The position numbers and the translations under genes were made by a program. Source: Octopus sinensis (Eukaryota). From it: a stretch of 29,893 bases of DNA. The notes under the pieces are model-generated. The model was given only the letters and a program-made list of their open reading frames with translations, made no database searches and was not told the origin of the DNA. Positions 1 to 8,865 of this stretch are shown piece after piece (within the stretch, counting starts at the first letter, position 1; the number at the start of each line of letters is the position of its first letter). The stretch is taken from assembly GCF_006345805.1 (NCBI RefSeq), contig NW_021832648.1:1-29893 (forward strand). The letters are read 5' to 3'.

Positions 1-225
1 CCCACTACAACACACCCCATTCCTATTAGCCTGGGGTATTTGGGCATGCACTGCAGCATTGTCTACATTGTGTACAAGTTCACTTTGATCACTGTCAGAA
101 TCGCTGGGCAATTCTTCACTAGTTTCTTGCTCAAAATCTCTTTTGTTATCGTAATCAGACTTGTTTAAATCCTCATAATCATCACTGAGATTCTGAGCTA
201 GTGCTTCTTCAGCACTGACAGACAT
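1..225 (-). CDS. Open acidic reading frame, probably a piggyBac transposase N-terminus (alternative: a downstream SCYL3 exon)
   Basis: 75 open codons to the window edge: MSVSAEEALAQNLSDDYEDLNKSDYDNKRDFEQETSEELPSDSDSDQSELVHNVDNAAVHAQIPQANRNGVCCSG. It has no stop, so it is absent from the ORF track. Acidic S/D/E-rich leaders are typical of piggyBac transposases; no catalytic domain is visible. Confidence 0.45.
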   Translation of the reverse strand, partial: MSVSAEEALAQNLSDDYEDLNKSDYDNKRDFEQETSEELPSDSDSDQSELVHNVDNAAVHAQIPQANRNGVCCSG

Positions 226-443
226 TCTTGGCAAAATTCAAGCACAAAATAAGGAATCCACGATAGAACATGTATGCTGAAGACCCGAAATAACACGCTC
301 GCTGACTGGTTGCGAAGTAGTTCAAGTGGCTATTTTTATAGTGTGTAACAAAATGAAGACACGTGGAGTGTCAGTAGACCAGCATTTCGGAAATATGCAG
401 CCTTGGCGTAGTGCTGGTGCACTGGCATTTCAGGTTCTAAGGG
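1..443 (-). mobile_element. Probable piggyBac-family DNA transposon, 5' end (runs off the window)
   Basis: Minus strand reads TTAA|CCCTTAGAACC (TTAA at 444-447, then a CCC terminus), the piggyBac end signature. An acidic ORF starts about 220 bp inside. The other end is not in the window. Confidence 0.55.
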
Positions 444-1224
444 TTAATGTGTTGAAAGCTACAGAATGATGATGAATCAAAACCGCTTACTATTTATCAT
501 AGCTATATATTACGTTGTCAACATTTGTGCACAATATATTTATTTATATTATAGTGAGAATAGATACTAACGATCTTAATTTCGGAAAGCATTAATGTTA
601 ACAAATCAAAATAATAAAAAAATTAAAATCATTATTGTAATGATTGTATGCCTGACACTCTAACCACAGAGCCTTGCGTCTTCATGAGAGAAACAACAAA
701 AAAGGAAATACATCCCCAACAAAATCAATAAACCATTGCCTGAATGCTTACTGAAATTCTTTTTCTCCTACATAAACAATAATATACCCATATCCATCAA
801 TGCGAAGCTAGCATCTTTAGTTTTCCACTGATACACTGGATAAAACCAGGGAACTTGGATGCTGACATCCCTTTAAAAGAATTAACATCGTCTGTTTTTC
901 TGTCCTTGTTTTCATATACATTCGATGCTTTTTTCCAAGGAATCTAATGCTCTTAGCTTAGTTTTTCCTTGGGGCTGGCCAGATTGGAGCAATCTCAAGA
1001 TTAATCAGCCGAAATTGCGAGGATGATCCAGTTCTTGATTGATGATAAAAGGCTTCGAATGACCAGTCCTTGTTTTTTTGTATCGTCTATTTGGATGTTT
1101 TGTTGTCCCTTTTCGTATCATCTAGTTGTCTGGATGTTTTGCGTTCTTGTCCCATTTTGTATTTTATTTTATATATCTATGATGGAATCTCCTGTCAAAG
1201 ATGAATATGAATGTTCAGTTTTTG

Positions 1225-1406
1225 CTGAACAACCTGCACAAATGATTTGCTTTACAGTGGTCAAATGTATGTGCTGTACATTAGCTCCCTCCCTCCCTCA
1301 ACATGGCCTGTTCAGGTGCACAAGTGTGCTACAAGTCAGATGTCAAGATGATTGCAGAGTAACATGATATGAAGTGTTTTTCGCTCAAGAACACTACACA
1401 GCGCCC
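1225..1406 (-). mobile_element. Decayed SINE fragment
   Basis: Contains GAGTAACATGATATGAAGTGTTTTTCGCTCAAGAACACTACACAGCGCC, resembling the antisense tRNA-SINE body as I recall it from octopus. Recognition only. Confidence 0.4.
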
Positions 1407-1426
1407 AGATATATCATTACATATGT

Positions 1427-1545
1427 TATTATCATCATTATTTAACATCCACTCTCCATGCTGGCATGGGTTGGACGGTTTGACAGGAGCTGGTTAGGCA
1501 GAAGACTGCATCAGGCTTCAGTGTCTGTTTTGGAATGTATATATA
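1427..1545 (-). mobile_element. RTE-type 3' tail (truncated LINE or RTE-tailed SINE)
   Basis: Reverse complement CCAGCTCCTGTCAAACCGTCCAACCCATGCCAGCATGGAGAGTGGATGTTAAATAATGATGAT matches the tails at 4526-4600, about 15980-16043 and the end of the RTE LINE at about 23920-23988. Confidence 0.75.
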
Positions 1546-1778
1546 AACACAAACATCAGACTTTCTGTAAAAAAAAGCAATCCTACTGTAATCACGAAAA
1601 TCACCATCAAACAACACACTACTAACAACCATGATTATGTTTTTCTAGAGTTGCTACAGGTGTCTAATTATGAAAGTCAGATAACATATTTACATACTGA
1701 TTTATATGTGTAAAAAGTAACTGAATAAACAGAGGAATCAATAAATGCTATGCTTAGAAACTGGACAATGTAACATAC

Positions 1779-1919
1779 CTTGGGTTTACCTTCTTTGAAA
1801 TATTGCTTCTGTGGTCCTCCAATAACAGTATCCCCTCCCAATATTGGAACAAGGTCTGCCACAGCATGTAAACTGGCAGACACTAGTTTGTCATTTACAT
1901 CACGAAGTCCAAGAAGCAA
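1779..1919 (-). CDS. SCYL3: SCYL3/PACE-1 coding exon 9 (HEAT-repeat region)
   Basis: ttttag|LLLGLRDVNDKLVSASLHAVADLVPILGGDTVIGGPQKQYFKEGKPK|gtatgt, 141 nt, phase 0-0. Matches the recalled human SCYL3 segment [34 protein letters not shown]. Confidence 0.93.
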
Positions 1920-2920
1920 CTAAAAGAAAGAAGCAACATTCAGAACTTGTAAAACTGTAGTATTCAGAATGGGTATTTTTAAGAATGAACTTTAAAAGTA
2001 TACTATATGTAACTATATGCAAAGAAATAAACCTGGAGTATTATTGCTAAAACCAACTAATACAGGGAATGGGGCACCAAATGTGAGCTTTGCACTACCA
2101 AAAAAACCAAACATCATCTAATCAAAAGCTAATAGTTTAAATATTGGGGATGAAACCTCCCCCTGCAAGCATAAGCAAAATTTTACACTCCAAAACTTCA
2201 AAGAGGATTCCACTTATTTTATAAACTGTACTGGAATTTTATAAACTGTACTGCATTACAGCAGTGAGTTCTTAATAAAGTGGGTCAATAACAAGTATGT
2301 CATTTCTCTGTTGGGCTTTTTGGGCAAGTATGAAAGTATGAATATCATATATCTGAGGTTTTATGCATGCATAATTGTCATTATTTAAAAGAATTGCAAT
2401 TGAAAATATTAAACTAAATCATGATACAAAATAAGAAAAGAAAATATTTATTTTACTAAGTTATATGTGTAATACATAATGAAACTAGCCCCAAGATCTC
2501 TAAGGTTACATTACTAATAGTAGACAGTTAATTTAAGTTACTTGGGACTCTATAAAACAATCTAAATATCTGCAATAAGCTTTATGACTAAAAACGCTAA
2601 TATAAAAATGATGTAATGAAATTTTATCTTTAAAAAACATTCCTCGTTGAATTAATAACAAGAAATGAAAGCAAGATATAAACTTAAGTTGAAAATTAAA
2701 ATCTCATTAGGAAGAAATACAGAAGTTTTGTACAACTGTCCATAACCTTATAAGGTAAATCTATGCTTTAGAATTGTATACATATGACTAGACCCAATGT
2801 TATAATAATATATATTAAGACACAATAACTTTACTTGCCTCACCCTAACTGACTGAATACCGAGGAAAGAAAATTGCACAAATAAATGAAAGGCAAATGA
2901 TTGCAAAATACAATAGTCAC

Positions 2921-3132
2921 CTGTGGGAAAATTACTTCCTCAATTTCTTCTTTTTCAAATAACTCAACATAATAACGGAAATATTTCAAAAGAAGTAGAC
3001 GGATATGAACTTCACGGACTTTGAAAATGTTTACCAATTCTGGAATGACGTACTTTTTAAATACGGGTTTACTGAAGATTGACAATGAACAAGGAGTGCT
3101 GCTTGACTTCTCACTGGAATCGTTATTCTGAG
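2921..3132 (-). CDS. SCYL3: SCYL3 coding exon 8
   Basis: ttcacag|(A)QNNDSSEKSSSTPCSLSIFSKPVFKKYVIPELVNIFKVREVHIRLLLLKYFRYYVELFEKEEIEEVIFPQ|gtgact, 212 nt, phase 1-0. Matches the SCYL-family segment VIP..L..F.V.E.H.R..LL. Confidence 0.93.
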
Positions 3133-3639
3133 CTGTGAAAATAATGCAAAAATATGCTGTTGCTTTAGCTTATGAATTTGAATATAGTTTCCATTCAGTA
3201 AATTCAATTCAAATTGAATTAAAATTATTTAATTCATTAAGAATATTCAGAGCATCCATATGCTTCTGCACTTGGAAAGGTCCACTCCAAGGAGTAACAC
3301 TCAACAAGATATTTTATCAAAGATCAGCAGTTATCCATACATGCAAATCTCTTCTTTCCATGCCTTGACCTCATTCAAAGGTAAAGGCAGAACTGACACA
3401 CTTCTGTAGCAGTGGTATTGCAGGTGTTGCCACCATAACACAAAGAGCAAAATACCCAGAACAGACACTCTAACAATTCTGCCAGTCAAGTGTCCTGGCC
3501 AAGTATGCTACTTACTGACTTTGGAAAGATGAAACACAAAGTTGACCTTTGATGGGAGTCAGTTTTAGAAGAGAAAGTTGGAGGAAGAAATATGGCAAGT
3601 CACCCTATCCAATGCTCTAACAACTCAGCCAACAATCCA

Positions 3640-3862
3640 CTTTTTGCCAGTGCCACATAAAAAGCACTTGTGCAGTATCATGTTAAAAGCACCCAGCACA
3701 CATTGTATAGTGGTTGATGTTAGGAAGGGCATCCAGCCATAGAAACCAAGCCAAATCATATTGAAATCTGGTGTAGCTCTCCAGCTTGCCAACTCTAGAC
3801 AAACTATCCAACTCATGCAAGCATGGAAAACAGGCATTAAACGATGATGATGATGATGATGA
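3640..3862 (+). mobile_element. RTE-type 3' tail ending in (GAT)n
   Basis: TTAGGAAGGGCATCCAGCCATAGAAAC ... CATGGAAAACAGGCATTAAACGATGATGATGAT; same family as 4395-4600 and 15841-16043. Confidence 0.75.
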
Positions 3863-3884
3863 TAAACATATTCATCTGCAACAT

Positions 3885-4240
3885 ATAATGTCCATTTTGC
3901 CATGCTTGCATGGGTAAATGGAGTTTACCGAGGTAAATTTTCTACGGCCAAATGCCCTTCTTGTCATCAACCCTCACATGTTCCCAAGCAAGGTAATACT
4001 TTCTCATGGCCAGATATATTTTTGCAATATACTGGAAATGAATGAAATTCATTAACAACAATCACACAACCCCAAGATAAAAAGACACACACAGCAGGCT
4101 TTTTTCAATTTCTGTCCTCCAAATCTCATCATAAGCCTTTGGTTGGGGCTGGGTCTTGCCCAAGATGCAACAGAGAAGGACTGATCCAAACACTATGTGG
4201 TTGAGAAGCAAACTTTTTAATCACACAACCACACTTGTGC
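3885..4240 (-). mobile_element. tRNA-derived SINE (octopus OK/OR-like), decayed
   Basis: Antisense tRNA-like head near 4160-4240, similar to the copies at 4603-4770 and 28090-28235, with an RTE-like tail near 3885-3970. Confidence 0.6.
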
Positions 4241-4394
4241 CTATTAATATATTTGTCAAATATATTACAATAAACATATCATTTATCATATCCAGCATAC
4301 AAATTTGTTCAGCAAGATTTCACAAGATCCCAACTCCCACTAAACTCAGTAACTTGAGAAAGATGAAAGACAGGCTCGTCCGCTGCAACCCTAA

Positions 4395-4600
4395 TCTTGT
4401 GGGCTTGTAGGTGCTGGTGCCACATAAAAAGCACCCAGTATATTCTGTAAAGTGGTTGGCATTAGGAAGGGTATCTAGCCATAGAAACCATGCAGACAGG
4501 GAGCCAGAACAGCCCTTTAGCTGGTCAGCTCCTGTCAAACTATCCAACCCATGCCAGCATGGTAAACGGATGTTAAATTATGATGATGATGATGATGATG
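4395..4600 (+). mobile_element. RTE-type 3' tail ending in (GAT)n
   Basis: GCCACATAAAAAGCACCCAG...GTGGTTGGCATTAGGAAGGG...CCAACCCATGCCAGCATGG...(GAT)n. Confidence 0.78.
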
Positions 4601-4602
4601 AT

Positions 4603-4770
4603 ACAAACACACACAAACAGGTTTCTTTCAGTTTCTGATTAGCAAATTCACTCATAAGAATTTGGTTGTCCCAGGACTATAGTAGGAGACACTTGCCCAA
4701 AGTGTCATGAAGTGGGACTGAACCTAAAAACCATGTAGTTGGAAAGCAAGCTTATTACCACACCAACACA
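4603..4770 (-). mobile_element. tRNA-derived SINE head
   Basis: Reverse complement GTGTGGTAATAAGCTTGCTTTCCAACTACATGGTTTTTAGGTTCAGTCCCAC contains tRNA-like A/B-box remnants, followed by a body shared with other copies in the window. Confidence 0.65.
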
Positions 4771-4859
4771 CCATAAAATACTATTCAGCTAAAGTGTTAC
4801 TTCACTGGAATAAAGAAAAAATGTAATCAAAGAAAAAATATAGTTGATATAGCACAAAC

Positions 4860-4999
4860 CTTGTTGAGGAATAAGAAGACTTGGAAGCAAGAACTCTTCA
4901 GCATCTTTGTTCAAGACAACAAACCGAGAAAGCAATAAATGAATCAACTGACTCCCAACCAGTTCTTCAGAATATTCCTGCAGCATTGAAACAACTTGG
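4860..4999 (-). CDS. SCYL3: SCYL3 coding exon 7
   Basis: ttttgcag|(S)QVVSMLQEYSEELVGSQLIHLLLSRFVVLNKDAEEFLLPSLLIPQQ|gtttgt, 140 nt, phase 2-1. Matches recalled human [35 protein letters not shown]. Confidence 0.93.
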
Positions 5000-5088
5000 C
5001 TGCAAAAATAAACAAATAAGTAAGCAAACAAAGCAGCAGTAGCCTCTCCACCAAATTTCAAGCCTTGCGCCTATAATAGAAAGGATTA

Positions 5089-5232
5089 TCTATATATTTA
5101 AAACTGAGAATGTGTGTGCGTGTCTGTCTGTATGTGTGCATCACTAAAACTCAAGAACTACCCAACCAATTTCATTCAAATTTTACACATGCCTTACTTG
5201 GGGTACATGGAGTGTCATGGGCCAAAAACGTA
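5089..5232 (+). mobile_element. Helitron/DINE-like non-autonomous 5' fragment
   Basis: Starts A|TCTATATATTTAAAAC, followed by a short (GT/CT) microsatellite and CCAACCAATTTCATTCAAATTTTACAC, a layout reminiscent of Lep1/DINE-1. No 3' hairpin or CTAG end was found. Confidence 0.4.
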
Positions 5233-5251
5233 AGATAGCATTTGCTAAAAT

Positions 5252-5469
5252 ATTAGTTTCAAATTTTGGTACAAGGCCAGCAATTTCAGTGGAAGGAGTA
5301 AGTCGATTACATTGACCCCAGTGCTCAACTGGTACTTATTTTATTGACCCCAAAAGAATGAAAGGCAAAGTTGATCTTAATGGAATTTGAGCTCAGAACA
5401 CAAAGACAGCCAAAATGCTGCTAAGCATTTTGCCAGTGTGCTAATGATTCTGTCAGCTTGCCACCTTAA
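5252..5469 (-). mobile_element. SINE with an intact 13-bp target-site duplication
   Basis: Flanked by direct repeats CATTTGCTAAAAT (5239-5251 and 5470-5482). The minus strand starts AAGGTGGCAAGCTGACAGAATCATTAGCAC, which resembles an octopus SINE head as I recall it. Confidence 0.8.
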
Positions 5470-5598
5470 CATTTGCTAAAATGTTGACATCTGAAATCAG
5501 TAAAACATTGCAAAAGTGTTTGTCTTTCTTTCTCTTTTGGTGTAACATGTATCTCTGAAAGGGATTTTTCTAAGTTAAAGAAATAAACTGGGACACAC

Positions 5599-5676
5599 CT
5601 GAAGAAATCTGTTTTCTCTTCGCTAGATTTTAATGTGATGTTTTTGAGGAAAAGTTTAACTTCAAGAAAATGGTTT
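5599..5676 (-). CDS. SCYL3: SCYL3 coding exon 6
   Basis: ttctttcag|A NHFLEVKLFLKNITLKSSEEKTDFF AG|gtgtgt, 78 nt, phase 2-2. Matches recalled human [25 protein letters not shown]. Too short for the ORF track. Confidence 0.92.
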
Positions 5677-6020
5677 CTGAAAGAAAAAAAAAATTAAATA
5701 AAATTAATGCAAGTTATATCCTTTCTCTTACTCTTTTTTTTACGTCTACCACCACACATTAAAAAAAATTCTTGAATTTAACTGACTTAACTAACAATAG
5801 GGGTTCATACAACCAGTACCTAGCTCTAGATTCTGTAATGTTAAAGGGATGAGATAAATCACCCCTCTGAAAAGGACATCAGTCTCTCTTAAATGACTTA
5901 CATATTTTCAATAATAAAGTGAAATGAAGCATGTAAAAATAAATGCTTTGCCTAAACATACAAACCTTAACAACCTATACTAAATATATAGTCACACATA
6001 CATAAATTTCATCACACATA

Positions 6021-6092
6021 CAGAGAGAGATTGTGTGTGTGTGTGAGAGAGAGAGAGAGAATGTATGTGAGAGTGAGAGAGAAAGAGTGAGA
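6021..6092. repeat. Compound (GT)n/(GA)n microsatellite
   Basis: Visible GTGTGT and GAGAGA runs. Confidence 0.8.
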
Positions 6093-6105
6093 CAATGTGT
6101 TTGTA

Positions 6106-6961
6106 CGTGGTCTGATCAATAAGTATCTGGACTGTTGACATAGTAATGAAACTAAAGCATGCAGAGTGAAGCTGCTTGGCACAGATTGGCCTTGAATTCT
6201 ACTGTGCATGCACACTAAGTTTTAATATTCTAGCTCGTTTTCACTGTTTACAACAGTGCTTGGAAGGAAGGTGTGTAGCATGTGATCATCACATTGATCA
6301 TGACAGAGAAAGTTGAGCAGAGAATCTGCATCAAATTTTGCCAAAAGCTTGGTGATACCTGCTCAGAGGTCTACACAAAGTTTTCAAAAAGTTTTCATTC
6401 TTCTCAACACAATCAAGGATATCTTGTGCAACTGAAACTTGAATGTCTTAGGCACAAACTTGGCAGACATATGTCTCATACTGAAATCTTCAATGATAAT
6501 GGACTGAATTGAACCGTAACTAATCTGCACATCCTCTAATAACTCATGAATGGTGACTCAATGTTCTCCCCTCACAGTTGCACACACATTTGTGATGTTT
6601 TTCTCAGTTCCCAGAACATTCGTCAATACCGATATTTTTTCAGCTATCTTGGAGATGTCTGAACTCATATACTTGTGTGCAGTTTATACACTCCTCTCGA
6701 TACATTTTTTGCAACTTTGCACAGGCCTCTGAGCAACTATCGCCATGGCAACTTTCTCTGTCATGGTCAATGCGATGATCACATGCTACACACCTTCCTT
6801 CCAAGCACTGTTGTAAACAGCAAAGTGAGCTAGGATATTAAAACTTAGTGCGCATGCACAGCAGAATTCAAGGTCAATCTTTGCCAAGCAGCTTTAGTTT
6901 TGCCTTCATGCTTTAGTTTCGTTACTATGGCAACAGTCCAGAACTTATTGATCAGACCTCA
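6106..6961. mobile_element. Non-autonomous mariner with about 210-bp inverted arms (two 5' ends)
   Basis: TA|CGTGGTCTGATCAATAAGT ... ACTTATTGATCAGACCTCA|TA. Arms are 6106-6315 and 6749-6961. Both arms include the transposase start MTEKV. The centre encodes a decayed mariner N-terminus on minus (TIHEL..DVQISYGSIQSII.EDFSMRHMSAKFVPK...ENFLKTL). Confidence 0.85.
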
Positions 6962-8012
6962 TATATGTATATAACTGGATAGATGTCTGTCCATCCCTGG
7001 CAGTAGCTCTTTTTGAAGCATGTATATTGAAACATGACACTAGCATAAGCTTTCAAACACACACTACAACTAAGAGATTTAGTCTTTTATTTCAGCATAA
7101 TTCTTGTCCATATTTCAAATTTCAACTATTTCATCAAATTTTGAAAATGAATGAATCAAAATTATACCATAACATCCTCTAAGATTTCAATATAAAAATG
7201 ACAACCCACTGACACGATTTAAGAAAAGGTGGGGGGAAAATAGATGTAAAAATAAATATAAATTCCTGCATTGCACTTTTCTAACAAGTGGATTGATGTT
7301 GGGATTAAAACAAAAGTAGCATCGCAGAACCATTACAGCTATTAAAAATGCCCTTACACTTTATTAATTTTTTTTTTATATAGATAATATATATTTTTAG
7401 CTATCTAAATGCTAAGTTAAGTTATTATTTTAAAGCTAATCTGAGAATAACAACAGAACTTTTACTGATGGAGTGACTCAATACAGAGAGACGAGTCAAC
7501 TCATATTCTTAAGTGTCAAAACTTTCATTGTACATTTAAGATCTTGTTTACTGAGACTCAATCAGTGAACAGGTTGTAGATGTACAAACAGAGTTTTGAG
7601 GAATAAACTAAGTTTAGATGAAAGACTTTGATACCTAATGATTACAATAACTCTACTGTAAGTAAGTAACTAAATTTAGTTACATTCTATTAACTAAAAT
7701 GACGAGAGGCTGAGTGTAAGTGAATTAAGAAAGCAGTTTAGCATCAAAGACATTTGTTGGAAAGGTGAATGTGGTATTAATTGAAGGAAGTGGAGAAGTG
7801 AAAGCTGAAAATGCAAGGAATCAGTGATAAAATGAAGATATGATATGTACATATTTGGTACATAGATAAAATGAAGATGTGGTACATACATAATGCAAAA
7901 AATTAATTAAACAATGAAGATAATGATGATCATAACTATCAAAAATTCTCTAGCATTTGCCCACAAGTGACTGGTCAAGTTGACAAAGAAACAAAAAAAA
8001 TATCTGACTCAC

Positions 8013-8124
8013 TCGTATTTAAAAAGGCGATCAGTCAACAAACATTTTAATGGTGGTCTTTGTTTTGGGTCTCGACTGAGATACTCATCTTGAATTCGCA
8101 ATTCAAATGTTTTAAAAAGGTCTC
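8013..8124 (-). CDS. SCYL3: SCYL3 coding exon 5
   Basis: ttttcttag|(G)DLFKTFELRIQDEYLSRDPKQRPPLKCLLTDRLFKY GA|gtgagt, 112 nt, phase 1-2. Carries the kinase C-lobe DP..RP....LL motif and joins exons 4 and 6 in frame. Confidence 0.9.
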
Positions 8125-8865
8125 CTAAGAAAACAAATAATAATAATAAATAGACAAAAAGTGGTAATATATTTACTTTTAAACATTACTTTTGATTATC
8201 ACATGGAATTGTGATTGAAAAACGGTGTAAACATGAAAACCCTGTACAAAACAACATGATGGTGTAAACCAACAAGAATATAACCTAATTACTGACACAG
8301 ACCAAATCAGGCACTAAGTACATTTCATATATATATACACATTATACACATCTCATCATACACAAAGTGCCCATTACGTATTAAATGCAAACTCAAACAA
8401 AAATTATAGGCATGATATTGTATCAACAAAGCCAGTCCTACTATACAAAACTCTCATTGTCAATGTTGTTTTTTTTCTTATCTGTACAGAACTTTTACTA
8501 TCTCTCTTTGTGTATGGATTACTTTGAAAAAACTGGTAAAGCAACACTTATTTTATGTATTATATCTAATTATCATGTAAAATTAGTGGTTGAAATATCG
8601 CATGTGTAAATGTGAAGCCCATATACAAAACAACAGCATTTGGGCATATACCACTGAGAATATAGCCAAACTACCAACATGAAAAATCAAGCAAAGTGTT
8701 TGGAAAAAGTAACAATTTTGAATTACAACACTTCTTTCAACCTCATCACTTCTAGCACTGCCATTACCTTAGTGGTTACTAGAACAGACAGCCGCAACAA
8801 CAACAATAATAGTAATAACAATAGTAGTAATGGTGGTAATAATAATGATAGTAATAAAAATAATA

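Noticed and set aside
266-300. CTGAAGA-CCC-GAAA, a hammerhead-like core on plus
   Set aside because: There is no stem II pairing and no stem III/NUH partner, so it is a chance match.
960-1080. GGCTG...CAGCC-GAAA and TTGATGA...CGAAT, resembling decayed hammerhead cores in a possible Penelope-like tail
   Set aside because: Core nucleotides are missing or mutated (no CUGANGA before the stem), so it cannot be called.
1023-1367. 114-aa hydrophobic ORF
   Set aside because: It spans repeat fragments antisense within a SCYL3 intron and has no recognisable motif.
2217-2253. Tandem duplication of TTTTATAAACTGTACTG (period 20)
   Set aside because: It is a trivial slippage duplication.
8121-8126. TAG|GAG tandem acceptor at exon 5
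   Set aside because: GAG acceptors are rarely used, and there is no evidence without transcripts.
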